Shown: piece by piece, positions 46,407-57,461 of the stretch
Layout of the letters: every line of letters begins with the position of its first letter
How positions within the stretch are numbered: the first letter of the stretch is position 1
Assembly (NCBI GenBank): GCA_965208105.1
Contig: OZ242318.1
Coordinates: 2,016,001-2,080,000 of the forward strand
Length of the DNA stretch: 64,000 nucleotides
Direction of reading: 5' to 3'
Origin: Candidatus Latescibacterota bacterium
Lineage (GTDB): Bacteria > Latescibacterota > UBA2968 > UBA8231
The notes under the pieces: model-generated
Seen by the model: the letters and a program-made list of their open reading frames with translations, nothing else
Databases searched by the model: none
Told to the model about the DNA's origin: nothing
Made by a program: the position numbers and the translations under genes

Positions 46407-47267
46407 ATGTCGGTCCAATTCGATCCCGCATTCAAGGCCCGGCCGACTCAGGACGAACTGAGCCGAATGGAGCGCGACCTGCGCTTCTTCCCGAGCACCG
46501 TCGATGACCCGTCCACCCTCACAGCCGGCCAGGTCGCCGCTTTCAACCGGGACGGTTATCTCAAGGGCTTTCGCATTTTCGACGCCGCCGGGATCGCCGG
46601 GCACCGGGCATTCTTCGACGGCCAGCTGCGCAAGGTCCAGGCCGCCGGCTACGGCAGCTTCTCCATCAGCTCGGCGCACCTCAAGTTCGCCAAGGTCTAC
46701 GACCTGATGCTTCATCCCGGTATCCTCGCTCACGTCCACGATCTCCTCGGCCCCGAGCTCGTCGGCCTGGCCTCGCACTACTTCTGCAAGCTGCCCAGGG
46801 ACGGCACCACCGTCTCCTGGCACCAGGACGCCAGCTACTGGCCGCTGACCCCGTCGAAGACGGCCACCGTCTGGCTGGCCATCGACGACGCCGATACCGG
46901 CAATGGCTGCATGCGCTTCGTCGCGGGCTCGCACCTCCACGGCCAGCTCGAATTCCGCCCCAGCGACGCCGCCGAAAACAACGTCCTCGATCAGACGGTG
47001 GACGAGGTGGAGCGCTATGGCGAGATCGTCGACGTCGAGCTCGAGGCCGGCGAAATCTCAATCCACTCCGACCTGCTGTTGCACAGCTCGCACTACAACG
47101 AGTCGGACCGCCGCCGTTGCGGCCTGACCCTTCGCTACTGCACTCCCGACGTGCGCGCCATCCCCGGCTACGCCTGGGAGAAGGAGGGGGTGCTGATCAA
47201 CGCCTCCGACCCGTCCGGCCACTGGGGCAATCCGCCAAGGCCCGCGAGGGACTACGAGGCGGCCTGA
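46407..47267 (+). CDS. Phytanoyl-CoA dioxygenase (PhyH) family protein
   Basis: WHQDASYW, VWLAIDD...NGCM, LLHSS..N.S..RR. Confidence 0.9.
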   Translation: MSVQFDPAFKARPTQDELSRMERDLRFFPSTVDDPSTLTAGQVAAFNRDGYLKGFRIFDAAGIAGHRAFFDGQLRKVQAAGYGSFSISSAHLKFAKVYDLMLHPGILAHVHDLLGPELVGLASHYFCKLPRDGTTVSWHQDASYWPLTPSKTATVWLAIDDADTGNGCMRFVAGSHLHGQLEFRPSDAAENNVLDQTVDEVERYGEIVDVELEAGEISIHSDLLLHSSHYNESDRRRCGLTLRYCTPDVRAIPGYAWEKEGVLINASDPSGHWGNPPRPARDYEAA

Positions 47268-47334
47268 GCCGCCTGGCGCAAACCGCAGGGACTTCACCTC
47301 CCCGGGTCTGCACAGACCAAGCCGTCGGAGCGCC

Positions 47335-48780
47335 GTGAAACCAGGCAATTTCCTCTTCATCCTGTCCGACCAGCACCAGCGGCTCGCCAGCGGCTGCTAC
47401 GGCCATCCGCTGGTGCAGACCCCGCACCTGGACGCCCTGGCCGCGCGCGGCACCCGCTTCGGGAACGCCTACACCAACTGCCCGATCTGCGTCCCCGCCC
47501 GCGCCTCGCTGGCCACCGGCCGCTACGTACACCGGATCGGCTACTGGGACAACGGGCATCCCTATGACGGCACCCCCGTCTCCTGGCACCGGCGCCTGCG
47601 CCAACAGGGCTTCCGCTGCGACTCGATCGGCAAGCTGCACTTCAAGGGGCAGGGCGCGGACCACGGATTCGGCGAGGAGATCGAGCCCTTGCACGTGGTG
47701 GACGGCGTCGGCGATGTCCTCGGCTGCATCCGCGATCGCCCTCCCCTCCGCGACAAGCACGGCGAGCTTGGACGGGCGGGCCCGGGCGATTCGACCTATC
47801 TGCGCTACGACGCCCGCTGCGCCGAACACGCCCTGCGCTGGCTCGCCGCGCACCGCGGCGATTCCAGACCCTGGGTGGTCTTCCTCAATTTCGTCTGCCC
47901 CCATCCACCCTACATCGCGCCGCCGGAGATCTACGCCCGATACCCGCCCGCTGACCTTCCCCTGCCGCCGCAGTGGACGCCCGACACCTGGCCCGGCCAT
48001 CTGGCGATGGACTACTTCCGCCGCTTTTTCCGCTTCGACCAGGGGCACAGCGAGGAGACGGTGCGGCGAGTTACAGCCGCCTACTATGGGACCACGACCT
48101 ATCTCGACCGTCAGATCGGCCGCGTGCTCGCCGCGCTCGACGACTATGGCCTGATGGACTCCACCCGCGTGCTCTATACTTCCGACCACGGCGAGTGCCT
48201 GGGCGCCAGGGGCATCTTCGGCAAGTTCACGCTATACGACGAAGCCGCTGCCGTTCCCATGATCATGGCGGGGCCTGAGGTTCCGGAGGGCAAGGTGGTG
48301 CAGACTCCAGTCTCTTTGGTGGATTGCTTCCCCACGGCCCTGGAGTGCGTCGGGGCTGAACTGGCCGGCGAAGACCTGCCCGGCCGCTCGCTGTGGCAGA
48401 TCGCGCTGGAGGACGATCACGAGCGCACGGTCTTCAGCGAGTATCACGCCCTGGGCACCGAGCACGGCAGCTACATGCTGCGCCGCATGCGCTACAAGTA
48501 CAACCACTACGTCGGCGCGCCGCCGCAGCTTTTCGACATGGCGGAGGATCCCGAGGAGCTCAACGACTTGTCAGGCAGGCCGGATCACCAGGACCTGCTG
48601 CGGGACTGCGAAAGGGAATTGCGCGCCATGCTCGACCCGGAAGCGGTGGACGGGCGCGCCCATGCCAGCCAGCGGGCCACCATCGAGGCGGCGGGAGGGA
48701 CTGCAGCGGTAATCCGGCGCGGCGCCTTCGACCACTCGCCGACCCCTGGGGAAAAGGCCGCGTTCAGGGCGCACGGATGA
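47335..48780 (+). CDS. Sulfatase (choline-sulfatase-like)
   Basis: NFLFILSDQH, CVPARASL (CxPxR), GKLH, YTSDHG. Confidence 0.92.
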   Translation: MKPGNFLFILSDQHQRLASGCYGHPLVQTPHLDALAARGTRFGNAYTNCPICVPARASLATGRYVHRIGYWDNGHPYDGTPVSWHRRLRQQGFRCDSIGKLHFKGQGADHGFGEEIEPLHVVDGVGDVLGCIRDRPPLRDKHGELGRAGPGDSTYLRYDARCAEHALRWLAAHRGDSRPWVVFLNFVCPHPPYIAPPEIYARYPPADLPLPPQWTPDTWPGHLAMDYFRRFFRFDQGHSEETVRRVTAAYYGTTTYLDRQIGRVLAALDDYGLMDSTRVLYTSDHGECLGARGIFGKFTLYDEAAAVPMIMAGPEVPEGKVVQTPVSLVDCFPTALECVGAELAGEDLPGRSLWQIALEDDHERTVFSEYHALGTEHGSYMLRRMRYKYNHYVGAPPQLFDMAEDPEELNDLSGRPDHQDLLRDCERELRAMLDPEAVDGRAHASQRATIEAAGGTAAVIRRGAFDHSPTPGEKAAFRAHG

Positions 48781-48864
48781 CGATGGGCAGCAACCGTTGA
48801 TCGAGCTGATGCGCGAGCGTTGGGCGGAACCGCAGGCCGATTCGCCCGGACCTATTGCTCCGCC

Positions 48865-50118
48865 TTATTCCGCCGTCATCACCGGCGACTCGGCGGCGCG
48901 GGCGTGGAGGTCGGCGAATTCGGCGCTGCCGTCGTCGTCGAGCAATTCGGTGCTCGATCCCCATTCGTCGACGGGGTGGTTGCCGCCCTCGAAGAAGGTC
49001 CACTTCTGTGCGGAGTTGGCAAAGTAGAGGTTGATACCGCCGGCGCGGGTGACCTTGACCAGCCGTTTGGGCAGGCTGTGGTCGGCTTTTTCCACGCGGT
49101 ACTTCGCCAGCGCCCCTTCGTCGATCTCAACGCCCAGACCCGGCGCTTCGGGCACCCGGGCGTGGCCGCCGATGACCTCGATCCGCTTTTTGAGCAGGCT
49201 GTGCTCGTAGAGCTCGTGGCAGGTGATTGTCGGCCACTGGGCCTGGACCAGCACTGCGCTCAGGTGCAGCGAAAGTGCGGTGGTCGGCCCGGCACCGACC
49301 ATCTGCAGGAAGAAGGGCATGCGCAGCGCCTCGCAGGTGCAGCCCTGGCTGGTGATCCCGTTGACGCCGCCGACCAGGATCCAGCCGTCGCAGACGCCGC
49401 CCAGCTCCATGGCCTCGCGGGGGTGGATCACGCCGTAGTGATGGGCGATGGCGGTGCTGATCTGGGTGCGCAGGAAGCGGTTGCCGGATGCGTCGTGGCG
49501 CGGTATCGGGTCTTCGAAAATTTTTATCTTGGGGAAGGTTCCCTCCAACTCGCGCAGCAGGGGGATGGCGTTGGAGGCGTTGTTCAAAAAGGCGTTCCAG
49601 TCGGCGTCGATGCGGAAGTGGTCGGGAGTGACGGCGCTGATCTGGCGGATGGTCTCGCGTACGTCGAACCACGGCCGGGTCTTGATCTTTATGCAGGTGT
49701 AGCCGAGTTCGACGGCGGTTTGCGCCTCGATGGCGTACCGTTCCGGCGACATATCGTGGTCCCAGAACGAGATGGCGCACCAGTCGCGGCACTTGCTCCC
49801 CAACAGCCTGTAGAGCGGCACGCCGGCCAGTTTCCCCGCGGCGTCGAAGAGGGCCATCTGCAAGCCGGCGCCCAGGGAGTCGTCCCACATGACGGCAAAG
49901 GGCGACTGGCCGAGAACGCGCTCGTGGGTTTGGACGCGGCCCCAGGTGTAGTTCTGAATGGTCTCGCCCCAGCCGACGACGCCGGCGTCGGTTTCGACCC
50001 GGGTGATCTCAATCTCGGACCAGGTGTGGATGCCGGCGCGTTCCATCTCGCGCCGGACGCGCTCGACAAACGGCACCTGCAGGGTGAAGCGTTCGACGTG
50101 GGTGACAGTGGCAGTCAT
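48865..50118 (-). CDS. Mandelate racemase/muconate lactonizing enzyme family (enolase superfamily)
   Basis: VETDAGVVGWGE, MALFDAAGK, IKIK, FEDP; start ATG 50118 after AGGAAGG. Confidence 0.87.
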   Translation of the reverse strand: MTATVTHVERFTLQVPFVERVRREMERAGIHTWSEIEITRVETDAGVVGWGETIQNYTWGRVQTHERVLGQSPFAVMWDDSLGAGLQMALFDAAGKLAGVPLYRLLGSKCRDWCAISFWDHDMSPERYAIEAQTAVELGYTCIKIKTRPWFDVRETIRQISAVTPDHFRIDADWNAFLNNASNAIPLLRELEGTFPKIKIFEDPIPRHDASGNRFLRTQISTAIAHHYGVIHPREAMELGGVCDGWILVGGVNGITSQGCTCEALRMPFFLQMVGAGPTTALSLHLSAVLVQAQWPTITCHELYEHSLLKKRIEVIGGHARVPEAPGLGVEIDEGALAKYRVEKADHSLPKRLVKVTRAGGINLYFANSAQKWTFFEGGNHPVDEWGSSTELLDDDGSAEFADLHARAAESPVMTAE

Positions 50119-50351
50119 GGGCGGGCCTTCCTTGGTGTCGGGTGATATGGAGAAGGTAGTGTCGAACGGGGTAGCGGGGGTGTCAAGGCCGGAGGCCCCG
50201 GATCGGGCGCGGAATCGATCTAATGGACCTAGAGGACATGAGGTCGGCCAACCGCGAACCGCGCTGACCGGGGGAGGGGCAGGCTTTATCCGCCCGGGCC
50301 GCGGGCCATCCGCGGCCGCAAGGTTCCACAATCCCAGGAGCTGAGGCCGCC

Positions 50352-51080
50352 ATGCATACATCTGAAGAAATGGAATTCTTTCTCGAGCACGGCTACCTGC
50401 ACGTGCCCGGCGTCCTGGACGCAGATCAACTCGCCCGCTACCGCTCGGCATTCGACCGGGTCTGGGAGCGGGAACAGCCGAGGGTCAATCAGCACAAGCT
50501 TCTGAAGTACCGGGACTTCATCGACCTTATCGAACATCCTGGCATTCTGTCGCGCCAGCAGGCCGTATTCGGCAACCAGACCCAACTGCTGCAGTACGAT
50601 CTGCTGCGCCAGGGCCCCCGCAGCGATGCCCCCGCCCGCCGCTGGCACCGGGATTTCGCCTTCCCGGGCGACAGGCCCCTGAGCGTCAACTCCATCGTCT
50701 ACATGGATGACATGACTCTTGAACGCGGTCCTACCTGCGTGGTGCCCGGCACCCATCGCGGCGAGGCGCACCCTCCCCCGGACCGGACCCACGAACACCT
50801 GCCCGGAGAAGTGGAAGTAACCGCTGCCGCCGGCGACGTGGTCTTCATCAACGGCGCCGTCTGGCATTCCGGAAGCGCCAACCGTTCCGGCGGACTCCGG
50901 CGGGGCATCTTCCTCTATTTCGGCCACTGGTGGATGAAGCGCTATGAAGCCGAAACCGAGTTGCCCTGGCAGATTTTCGAGAACGCCAGCTCCCTGCGCC
51001 TCCAGCTCCTGGGCATCAGGATGCCTGACCGCGACCTCCATATGTACGATCCCCAAGCCCCCATCGAGGGGTCCTCATGA
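50352..51080 (+). CDS. PhyH-family dioxygenase
   Basis: FFLEHGYL, WHRD, GPTCVVPGTH, WHSGSANRS. Confidence 0.88.
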   Translation: MHTSEEMEFFLEHGYLHVPGVLDADQLARYRSAFDRVWEREQPRVNQHKLLKYRDFIDLIEHPGILSRQQAVFGNQTQLLQYDLLRQGPRSDAPARRWHRDFAFPGDRPLSVNSIVYMDDMTLERGPTCVVPGTHRGEAHPPPDRTHEHLPGEVEVTAAAGDVVFINGAVWHSGSANRSGGLRRGIFLYFGHWWMKRYEAETELPWQIFENASSLRLQLLGIRMPDRDLHMYDPQAPIEGSS

Positions 51081-51199
51081 CGAGCCCGCCTGCCATGTCG
51101 CCACCCTCGTGGGTCTGTCGGCCCGGGGCCTGGACCATGGCGTTGAAGTTGCCCCGGGGAGGCGAATTGTATTTCCAGTAATCCGATTTACCTGTTGCG

Positions 51200-51616
51200 C
51201 TACGGGTTCGGCGGGGATGTGCAGATCAAAACCTCCATGGACTCGTCGCCGGTATTCTCTATTCCATGCTCACACCACGGAGGCAGATGGATGAATGTTC
51301 CTGCCTCCACGGGCACCTTCTCACCGGCGAGGGTCATCGTTCCACTTCCCTTCAGGATCACGTAGCATTCCTCGGTGTGGTGGCTCCCGGGCTCGAGAAC
51401 CACGTGGGGCGGCACGAAAAACACCACCATGCCCAGGTTCTGCGCGGGAGCATTCGGATTGGCGGGATGCACTACGCGGACGCCGATACCCTCACAGCCG
51501 GGGTACTTTACAGGCACCCCGTCCTGGACCGTGACTACATTCGCCAGCACCTGGTGCGCGGGTTTCGGAACAGGCGGTTCCCCTTGATACCCTTTGAACA
51601 TGGTGATCTTTGCCAT
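51200..51616 (-). CDS. Cupin domain protein
   Basis: HHTEECYVILKGSG...HLPPWCEHGIEN. Confidence 0.85.
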   Translation of the reverse strand: MAKITMFKGYQGEPPVPKPAHQVLANVVTVQDGVPVKYPGCEGIGVRVVHPANPNAPAQNLGMVVFFVPPHVVLEPGSHHTEECYVILKGSGTMTLAGEKVPVEAGTFIHLPPWCEHGIENTGDESMEVLICTSPPNP

Positions 51617-51678
51617 TTCCTCTCCTTTGCAAAAATAAATTCCCGGCACTCGCCGCGTGCGGTCACGCCGGGGCTGAT

Positions 51679-52497
51679 CTACCAGTCTCGCGCATAGCCC
51701 GCGGTCCAGCCCCCGTCTACGGTGATGATGGAACCATTGATGTAGCTTGCATCCGGCGATACGAGAAAGAGCACCGCCGCCGCGATCTCGGCCGTTTGTC
51801 CCGGTCTCCCCAGGGGGATATGCGACAGCAGACTCGCCGCGTTTTCGGTGTATGCGCCGTCCTCACCGTAAAAAAGCGCCTCCGTGCCAAGCGTCAAGGT
51901 AGATCCCGGAGCGACGGCGTTCACCAGGATCCCTTCCGGTCCAAGCTCCAATGCCATTGAACGCGTCAGGTTGGCGACCCCTGCCTTCGCCGCTACGTAG
52001 GCGCTCTGCAGGCGCAGGGGCACCAGTCCTGCGACGGAACTGATGTTCACGATGCGTCCGGTGGCATGCCCGGCGCCGGACTCGCGGTGGGAATCGAGGA
52101 TGTGGGGAATAACCGCACGGCTGGCCGCAAACACGCCGGTGAGGTCTGTTTCCAGGATCCGCTGCCAGTCGTCCAAGGAGTACTGATGAATGGGAACCCT
52201 GTCACTCCGGGTGTTGATTCCGGCATTGTTCACCAGGATGTCGATTCCGCCGAAATGCCCTGCAATCCGAGCGGCCACGTCCTTCATCTCCTCGGCGTCC
52301 GCTACGTTGCCTTCCACGAACTGGCAGGTCCCACCCGCGGCCTCGATTTCTTCGGCGCTTCTCCTTCCCGCCTGTTCGTCGATGTCGACGATGGCCGCCT
52401 GTGCTCCACTGTCGACCAGCGCGTCCACAGTGGAGCGGCCGATGCCATTCGCGCCGCCCGTAACCACGGCCACCTTGCCCTCGAGTTCGACTTTCAC
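51679..52497 (-). CDS. Short-chain dehydrogenase/reductase
   Basis: TGGANGIG, NNAG, YVAAK, VNAVAPG. Confidence 0.93.
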   Translation of the reverse strand: MKVELEGKVAVVTGGANGIGRSTVDALVDSGAQAAIVDIDEQAGRRSAEEIEAAGGTCQFVEGNVADAEEMKDVAARIAGHFGGIDILVNNAGINTRSDRVPIHQYSLDDWQRILETDLTGVFAASRAVIPHILDSHRESGAGHATGRIVNISSVAGLVPLRLQSAYVAAKAGVANLTRSMALELGPEGILVNAVAPGSTLTLGTEALFYGEDGAYTENAASLLSHIPLGRPGQTAEIAAAVLFLVSPDASYINGSIITVDGGWTAGYARDW

Positions 52498-52673
52498 GTG
52501 AGTTCTCCTTTTCCTCCCCCGTTCTCCGCAATGGCGGGAGGTGGTGAAGCGCGCCCTTTCTACGGGCAGTGGAACCGGGAACTGATCTCTCTGAAGGTAG
52601 GGTCTACCGCGAATCGGTTCAGGAAGCTATGACCGCCGGTGGCTGCGCGGCGGACTGTGGGGCAGGCTTCCCC

Positions 52674-54143
52674 TCACACGGCATCAGGCGTCCAGATGCG
52701 GCTCTCCCGGGCTTCCAGAAAACCCTGGTTTGCGGGCCGCAGCTTCCAGATCTCGACCCTGCGGATCCTGATGGGAGGGGTGTCCTGCCTGCGGCCGAAG
52801 AGGTATGTCCTCATCTCGCTGCCCCCGTCCCGGTAGGCCATATGGGCGCACAATGCCGCCTGGCGGCCGTTGGCGAACACCTCCACCAGGTACTTGTCGA
52901 TGAAGACGCGCAGCTCCACGTCCTCCCCCGGCGGGAGGTCCGCCACCGCGAACGGCGCCTCGGTTTCGCCCACGCAGAGAGTGCCGGTTTCGGGCCTGAG
53001 CATGATCTGCAGCCCCTCGTCGGTGTCATCGGCGAAGAGTTGGATGCCGAAGCGCTTGCGCTCGGCCTCGGCCCGGTCTACCACTATCCGCGCCTCGAAG
53101 GCGTCGCCCTCCAGGTCGGCGATTCTTGCCGAGGTGTGGTAACCTTCGGCGGGAGGCGACAGCACCACGTCGTTGAAGGTCCGGGGGTCGTAGCGGAGCG
53201 TCTCGAGCTCGCGCAGCGGCTCGATCCTCAGGCGGCCGTCGGCGCCGAGGCTCAACTCGCGCGGCAGCGACTGGACCGTCCTCATGGTGATTTCCGCATC
53301 GAGAGTTCGGAGCCAGGCCCACATCACGCGGCGGCCGTCGCTGGTGAGCACGCTCTCGGGCGCGAAGAAGTCCCGGTAGTAAGGCTGGGTCAGCGATTGG
53401 CCGGGGCGCCGCCAGTTCATGCGTCCATGCTTCTGTGGCACGAACTGCTCCGCGGTCGCGTCCCAGTCGCCGATGTAGTAGCGGCAGCCGACGAAATGAC
53501 TGATGCACAGAAGCACCCACTTGCCGTCGAGCTGAAAGAAATTGGCGCAGGAAATGTCTTCCCCTATGGCCACGTCGGGCATGTCGTGCCTGAGGAAGGG
53601 CCCTACGTAGCTCCACTCGACGAGATCGGCGGACTTGCACAGGGGAACGTTTTCCGCCGCGGAATAGGCGTAGTAGCTGTCGCCGACGCGGAAGCAGTCC
53701 GGGTCGGCGAGCAGGCCCACGTCCCGGCCGTCGGGGCCGCCCTTGGGCAGCACGGGATAGGGCTTCTCCCAGCTGCCGAGGTCGTTGTCCCTGGCGATGG
53801 CGATGTAGGAATGCCCGGGCTCGGACAGGCCGGCGTAGATCGCCGCGGGCCGTCCTTCTTTGGTGAGGAAGCCAGTGCCGCTGAAGGTTCCGTGGCCGGT
53901 GAAGGAGGGCTGCAGCCTGGTGGGCTGCCATGACCAGTGCAGCATGTCCGGGCTGGTCACGTGGACGAAGGAGTAGGAAAACTCTCCCCGCCAGGGGTGC
54001 CGCAGGATGTAGTGGAGATGGTAGGTGCCGTTTAGACAGAAGGCGAGGTTGGGGTCTCCGGGCGCGCTGTCGCCGCCCGGATGCATCAGGTGGTAGTTGA
54101 GTGCCAGTTCGTCGGAGACCACGGTTTCGTCGGTTTGTAGCAT
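52674..54143 (-). CDS. Glycoside hydrolase family 32-like protein
   Basis: PGDPN, FSGTG, DPD, QSLPREL, VEVFANG. Confidence 0.82.
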   Translation of the reverse strand: MLQTDETVVSDELALNYHLMHPGGDSAPGDPNLAFCLNGTYHLHYILRHPWRGEFSYSFVHVTSPDMLHWSWQPTRLQPSFTGHGTFSGTGFLTKEGRPAAIYAGLSEPGHSYIAIARDNDLGSWEKPYPVLPKGGPDGRDVGLLADPDCFRVGDSYYAYSAAENVPLCKSADLVEWSYVGPFLRHDMPDVAIGEDISCANFFQLDGKWVLLCISHFVGCRYYIGDWDATAEQFVPQKHGRMNWRRPGQSLTQPYYRDFFAPESVLTSDGRRVMWAWLRTLDAEITMRTVQSLPRELSLGADGRLRIEPLRELETLRYDPRTFNDVVLSPPAEGYHTSARIADLEGDAFEARIVVDRAEAERKRFGIQLFADDTDEGLQIMLRPETGTLCVGETEAPFAVADLPPGEDVELRVFIDKYLVEVFANGRQAALCAHMAYRDGGSEMRTYLFGRRQDTPPIRIRRVEIWKLRPANQGFLEARESRIWTPDAV

Positions 54144-54162
54144 CAAGGCTGCCCTCCCGGAC

Positions 54163-54954
54163 TCAGGCGGTTCTTTCCCGGAGCGCCGCCTCGACGGCGC
54201 GAGCCAGGGCGGGCAGCAGCTGCGTCACTTCGCCCTCGAGTCGCATGTCGGCGAGCCGGTCGTGGGCGGTCTGCCCGCGGTTGATGATCGCATAGCGGGC
54301 GCCGGCCGCCGCGGCGGCCAGAGGCACGCCGGCAGCGGGATGCACTTCCAGGGTGGAGCCGATCGCCAGCACGAGATCGGCGCGGCGCGCGGCGTCCAAC
54401 GCCCGCTGCAGCTCCGCCTGCGGCATCGGCTGACCGAAAGACACTGTCGCGGTCTTCAGGACACCCCCGCAGGCCCGGCAGCGCGGACAGTCGCCCGTGG
54501 CCTCGAACTCCTCCAGGGCCGGCTCCGGCGCGCTGCGCTCTCCGCAGGAAAGGCATTCGGCGGCCCGGTTGGTGCCGTGCAGTTCGACCACCCGCGCGGG
54601 GTCGTGACCTGCATCCTGATGCAGGCCGTCCACGTTCTGAGTCACCAGGGTATCCAGCTTGCCGAGCCGCTCCAGCGCGACCAGCGCCAAGTGCCCGGCG
54701 TTGGGACGCGCCCGGGCGAAATCCCGGTGCCCGTCGGCCTTGTAGCGCCAATGCTCGCGGCGCGCGTGTTCCGAGGCGAGGAAGTCCTGGAACAACACCG
54801 GGCGGCGCTGCTTCCAGGTCCCCTGCGGGCCGCGGAAATCGGGGATCCCCGAGGCGGTGGACATTCCCGCCCCGGTGAACGCCAGCACTCGCTCGGCCTG
54901 AGTTACCGCCGCCGCCAGATGGTGCATCGTTCCAGCTTCCGCCGCCATCATCAA
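54163..54954 (-). CDS. cobB: Sir2-family NAD-dependent protein deacylase
   Basis: TGAGMSTASGIPDFRG, TQNVDGLH, LHG, CxxC...CxxC, GSTL.V.PA. Confidence 0.88.
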   Translation of the reverse strand: MMMAAEAGTMHHLAAAVTQAERVLAFTGAGMSTASGIPDFRGPQGTWKQRRPVLFQDFLASEHARREHWRYKADGHRDFARARPNAGHLALVALERLGKLDTLVTQNVDGLHQDAGHDPARVVELHGTNRAAECLSCGERSAPEPALEEFEATGDCPRCRACGGVLKTATVSFGQPMPQAELQRALDAARRADLVLAIGSTLEVHPAAGVPLAAAAAGARYAIINRGQTAHDRLADMRLEGEVTQLLPALARAVEAALRERTA

Positions 54955-55145
54955 CGCCTCGTCTTCCTGGCCCCGTCCATGATCGTCTCCATCGAGGCTG
55001 TAACAATCCCCTTTTCTCCATAGACGGTTCGGGAGGGTGACCCTGCAAAGCGAAAAAACAACCTCGCGCAGGGGAGGTCAAGGCGGCCATTGTTGGCCCG
55101 CAGCGGAAATTCTATATTTCGCCGCAGACAAAGGACGGAATTCCA

Positions 55146-56141
55146 ATGATCATCAGGACCAGGGCCTACGCGCGGGCGGGTCTGGTGGGCAATCCATCGG
55201 ATGGATACTTCGGCAAAACCATCAGCATAATTGTGAAGAACTACTGCGCCGAGGTGACCCTCTACGAAACCCCGCACCTGGAGATTCTGCCGGCGCAGCA
55301 GGACTCCCTGCGGCACGAATCGATGAAGCAACTGGCCTCGGAGGTCGAACTCTACGGTTACTACGGCGGCGTGCGCCTGCTGAAGGCGGCCATAAAGCGG
55401 TTCTACGACTATTGCCGGGAGAACTCGATCGACCTGCCGGAGCGCAACTTCTCCGTCGAATACCGCACCGACGTGCCGCAGCGGGTCGGGCTGGCTGGCT
55501 CGAGCGCGATCATCACCGCCACCCTGCGCGCCATGATGCGGTTTTTCCAGGTCTCAATCGAACTGCAGCAACTGGCCAACCTCACCCTGTCGGTGGAGAC
55601 CCGCGAGCTCGGGCTGCCTGCCGGGTTGCAGGACCGCGTAATCCAAGCCTACGAGGGCTGCGTTTACATGGACTTCTCGCGCGAGCTGATGGAGAGCCGC
55701 GGCTACGGCGACTACGAGGCCGTAGACCCCGAGCTGCTGCCGCCGCTGTACGTCGCCTGGCTCGGCCGCCTCTCCGAGGGAACCGAGGTGTTCCATTCGA
55801 ACATCAAGGGGCGCTGGGAAGCCGGCGAGCCCGAGGTTGTGAATGCCATGGACGACTTCGCCGCATATACCGAGGAAGTCCGCGGCCTTCTGCTGGATGG
55901 AAGGGGGGAGGAGATCGGACCGGTCCTCGACCGCAACTTCGACCGCCGCGCCTCCATATATCAGATCAGCGCGCAAAATCTCGAAATGATCCGCCGCGCG
56001 CGGGAAACCGGCGCCAGCGCCAAGTTTGCCGGCTCCGGAGGCGCCATCATCGGCACCTATCCGGACGAGGATGCCTACCGCGCCCTGCAGCGCACCCTTG
56101 CCGCCATCGGCGCCACCGTCATAAAGCCGGAGATCGCCTGA
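55146..56141 (+). CDS. GHMP kinase (glucuronokinase-like)
   Basis: RAGLVGNPSDGY, PQRVGLAGSSA, AGLQDR, KFAGSGGA. Confidence 0.85.
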   Translation: MIIRTRAYARAGLVGNPSDGYFGKTISIIVKNYCAEVTLYETPHLEILPAQQDSLRHESMKQLASEVELYGYYGGVRLLKAAIKRFYDYCRENSIDLPERNFSVEYRTDVPQRVGLAGSSAIITATLRAMMRFFQVSIELQQLANLTLSVETRELGLPAGLQDRVIQAYEGCVYMDFSRELMESRGYGDYEAVDPELLPPLYVAWLGRLSEGTEVFHSNIKGRWEAGEPEVVNAMDDFAAYTEEVRGLLLDGRGEEIGPVLDRNFDRRASIYQISAQNLEMIRRARETGASAKFAGSGGAIIGTYPDEDAYRALQRTLAAIGATVIKPEIA

Positions 56142-56345
56142 CAACCAGCTAGACCTGGTTGTCCTCGTCGCCATCCGATCCCTGCCGTGGCTCTCCGGGG
56201 ATCGTATTGCCCAGCGGCCATTCCCCACGCGCTCCCTCCCTCCGCAACTCGTCCGCCTCCCGACGCGGGCATCCGCTTGGCCCTCCGCCTCGAATGGATT
56301 CCGAGAGCGGCCTGTTCGGGAGTTCGATCGTCGCTTCAGAAGCCC

Positions 56346-57407
56346 TCAACCATGGCGCTCGCGCAGGATCTCCGCCGCCCGGCACATGGCTTTGAACTTC
56401 CGGCAGGCTTCGTCCAGGGTAACCGGGTTGTCGGGGTCCGAAGGCACAAAGCCGCAATCGGGATGCAGAACGATGCGCTCCTTGCCGACATAGCGCATGG
56501 CTTCCTCCACCCTCGCGGCCACCTCTTCCGGGCGCTCGACCCTGCGCTCGTAGCGGTCGATACATCCGAAACCCAGCCGCGGTCCTTCGGGGAAACGGGT
56601 CAGGGCCTCCAGCGGGCCGGCGACCGCTGTGGCGTACTCCATGGAAATGATGCCGGCGCGGAGCCTGGCAAGGGCCGGCATGATCAGCTCCGGATGGCCT
56701 ACCTGCACCCGGCCCCTGTGGGCGTGGCACAGATGGACCCCGGTGTCCATCCCCTCGATCCCTTCCAGCGTCTGGTTTATCAGGCCGGCGCAGCGGTCCA
56801 GCTCTGACTGCACGTCGCCAATCCCCTCCCTCTCCTGGTAGCGGCGCTGGACGAGCCGGCTGAGCCAGGGTTCGTCCAGCTGTATCGTGTCAGCCCCGGC
56901 CTCGCGAATCAGCTCGATCTCCCGGCGCAGCAGGGGCACGCATGCCTCCATGAACCCCTCGCGGGTAGGGTACGCCGCCCTGGAGCGCTCATGGTCCCAC
57001 AAGCGCCTGCCCACGAGGTAGGGCCCGGGCAAGGTGGCCTTCACCCGCCGCCGCGTGCGCCGGCGCACGAAGCGGATCTCCTCGGCGACGATGGGGCGGT
57101 GGTACTCCATCGGAGCCACCACCACCGGGGTTTGTGATCCTTCCTCGAAACCGCGCACGCGCTCGGCGAACACCGCGACGTAACTCAGGCGGCGCCACTC
57201 CCCATCGGTGATCTCGTCCAACCCTGCCCGCTCCTGCAGCGCCAGGGAGGTCTCGACCGCCCCGTCGAGGAGGCGGCCGGCATCCTCCTCTGAAATGCGG
57301 CCGCACCTGCGGTCGTCGATGACTTCCCGCACCCGGGCGGGCTGCGGCAGGCTGCCGATTACGGTGGTAGGAAAAAGCGAGTCCACGACGATGAGTCCCT
57401 CCTTCAA
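56346..57407 (-). CDS. Cobalamin-independent methionine synthase II (MetE-like) family protein
   Basis: TTVIGSLP, TDGEWRR, IQLDEP, HLC, PDCGF. Confidence 0.85.
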   Translation of the reverse strand: MKEGLIVVDSLFPTTVIGSLPQPARVREVIDDRRCGRISEEDAGRLLDGAVETSLALQERAGLDEITDGEWRRLSYVAVFAERVRGFEEGSQTPVVVAPMEYHRPIVAEEIRFVRRRTRRRVKATLPGPYLVGRRLWDHERSRAAYPTREGFMEACVPLLRREIELIREAGADTIQLDEPWLSRLVQRRYQEREGIGDVQSELDRCAGLINQTLEGIEGMDTGVHLCHAHRGRVQVGHPELIMPALARLRAGIISMEYATAVAGPLEALTRFPEGPRLGFGCIDRYERRVERPEEVAARVEEAMRYVGKERIVLHPDCGFVPSDPDNPVTLDEACRKFKAMCRAAEILRERHG

Positions 57408-57461
57408 AGCTCGGCAAAACCGGTGTGCCGCGGCAGGAAGGCAATATTGGTCTTTCCCCCG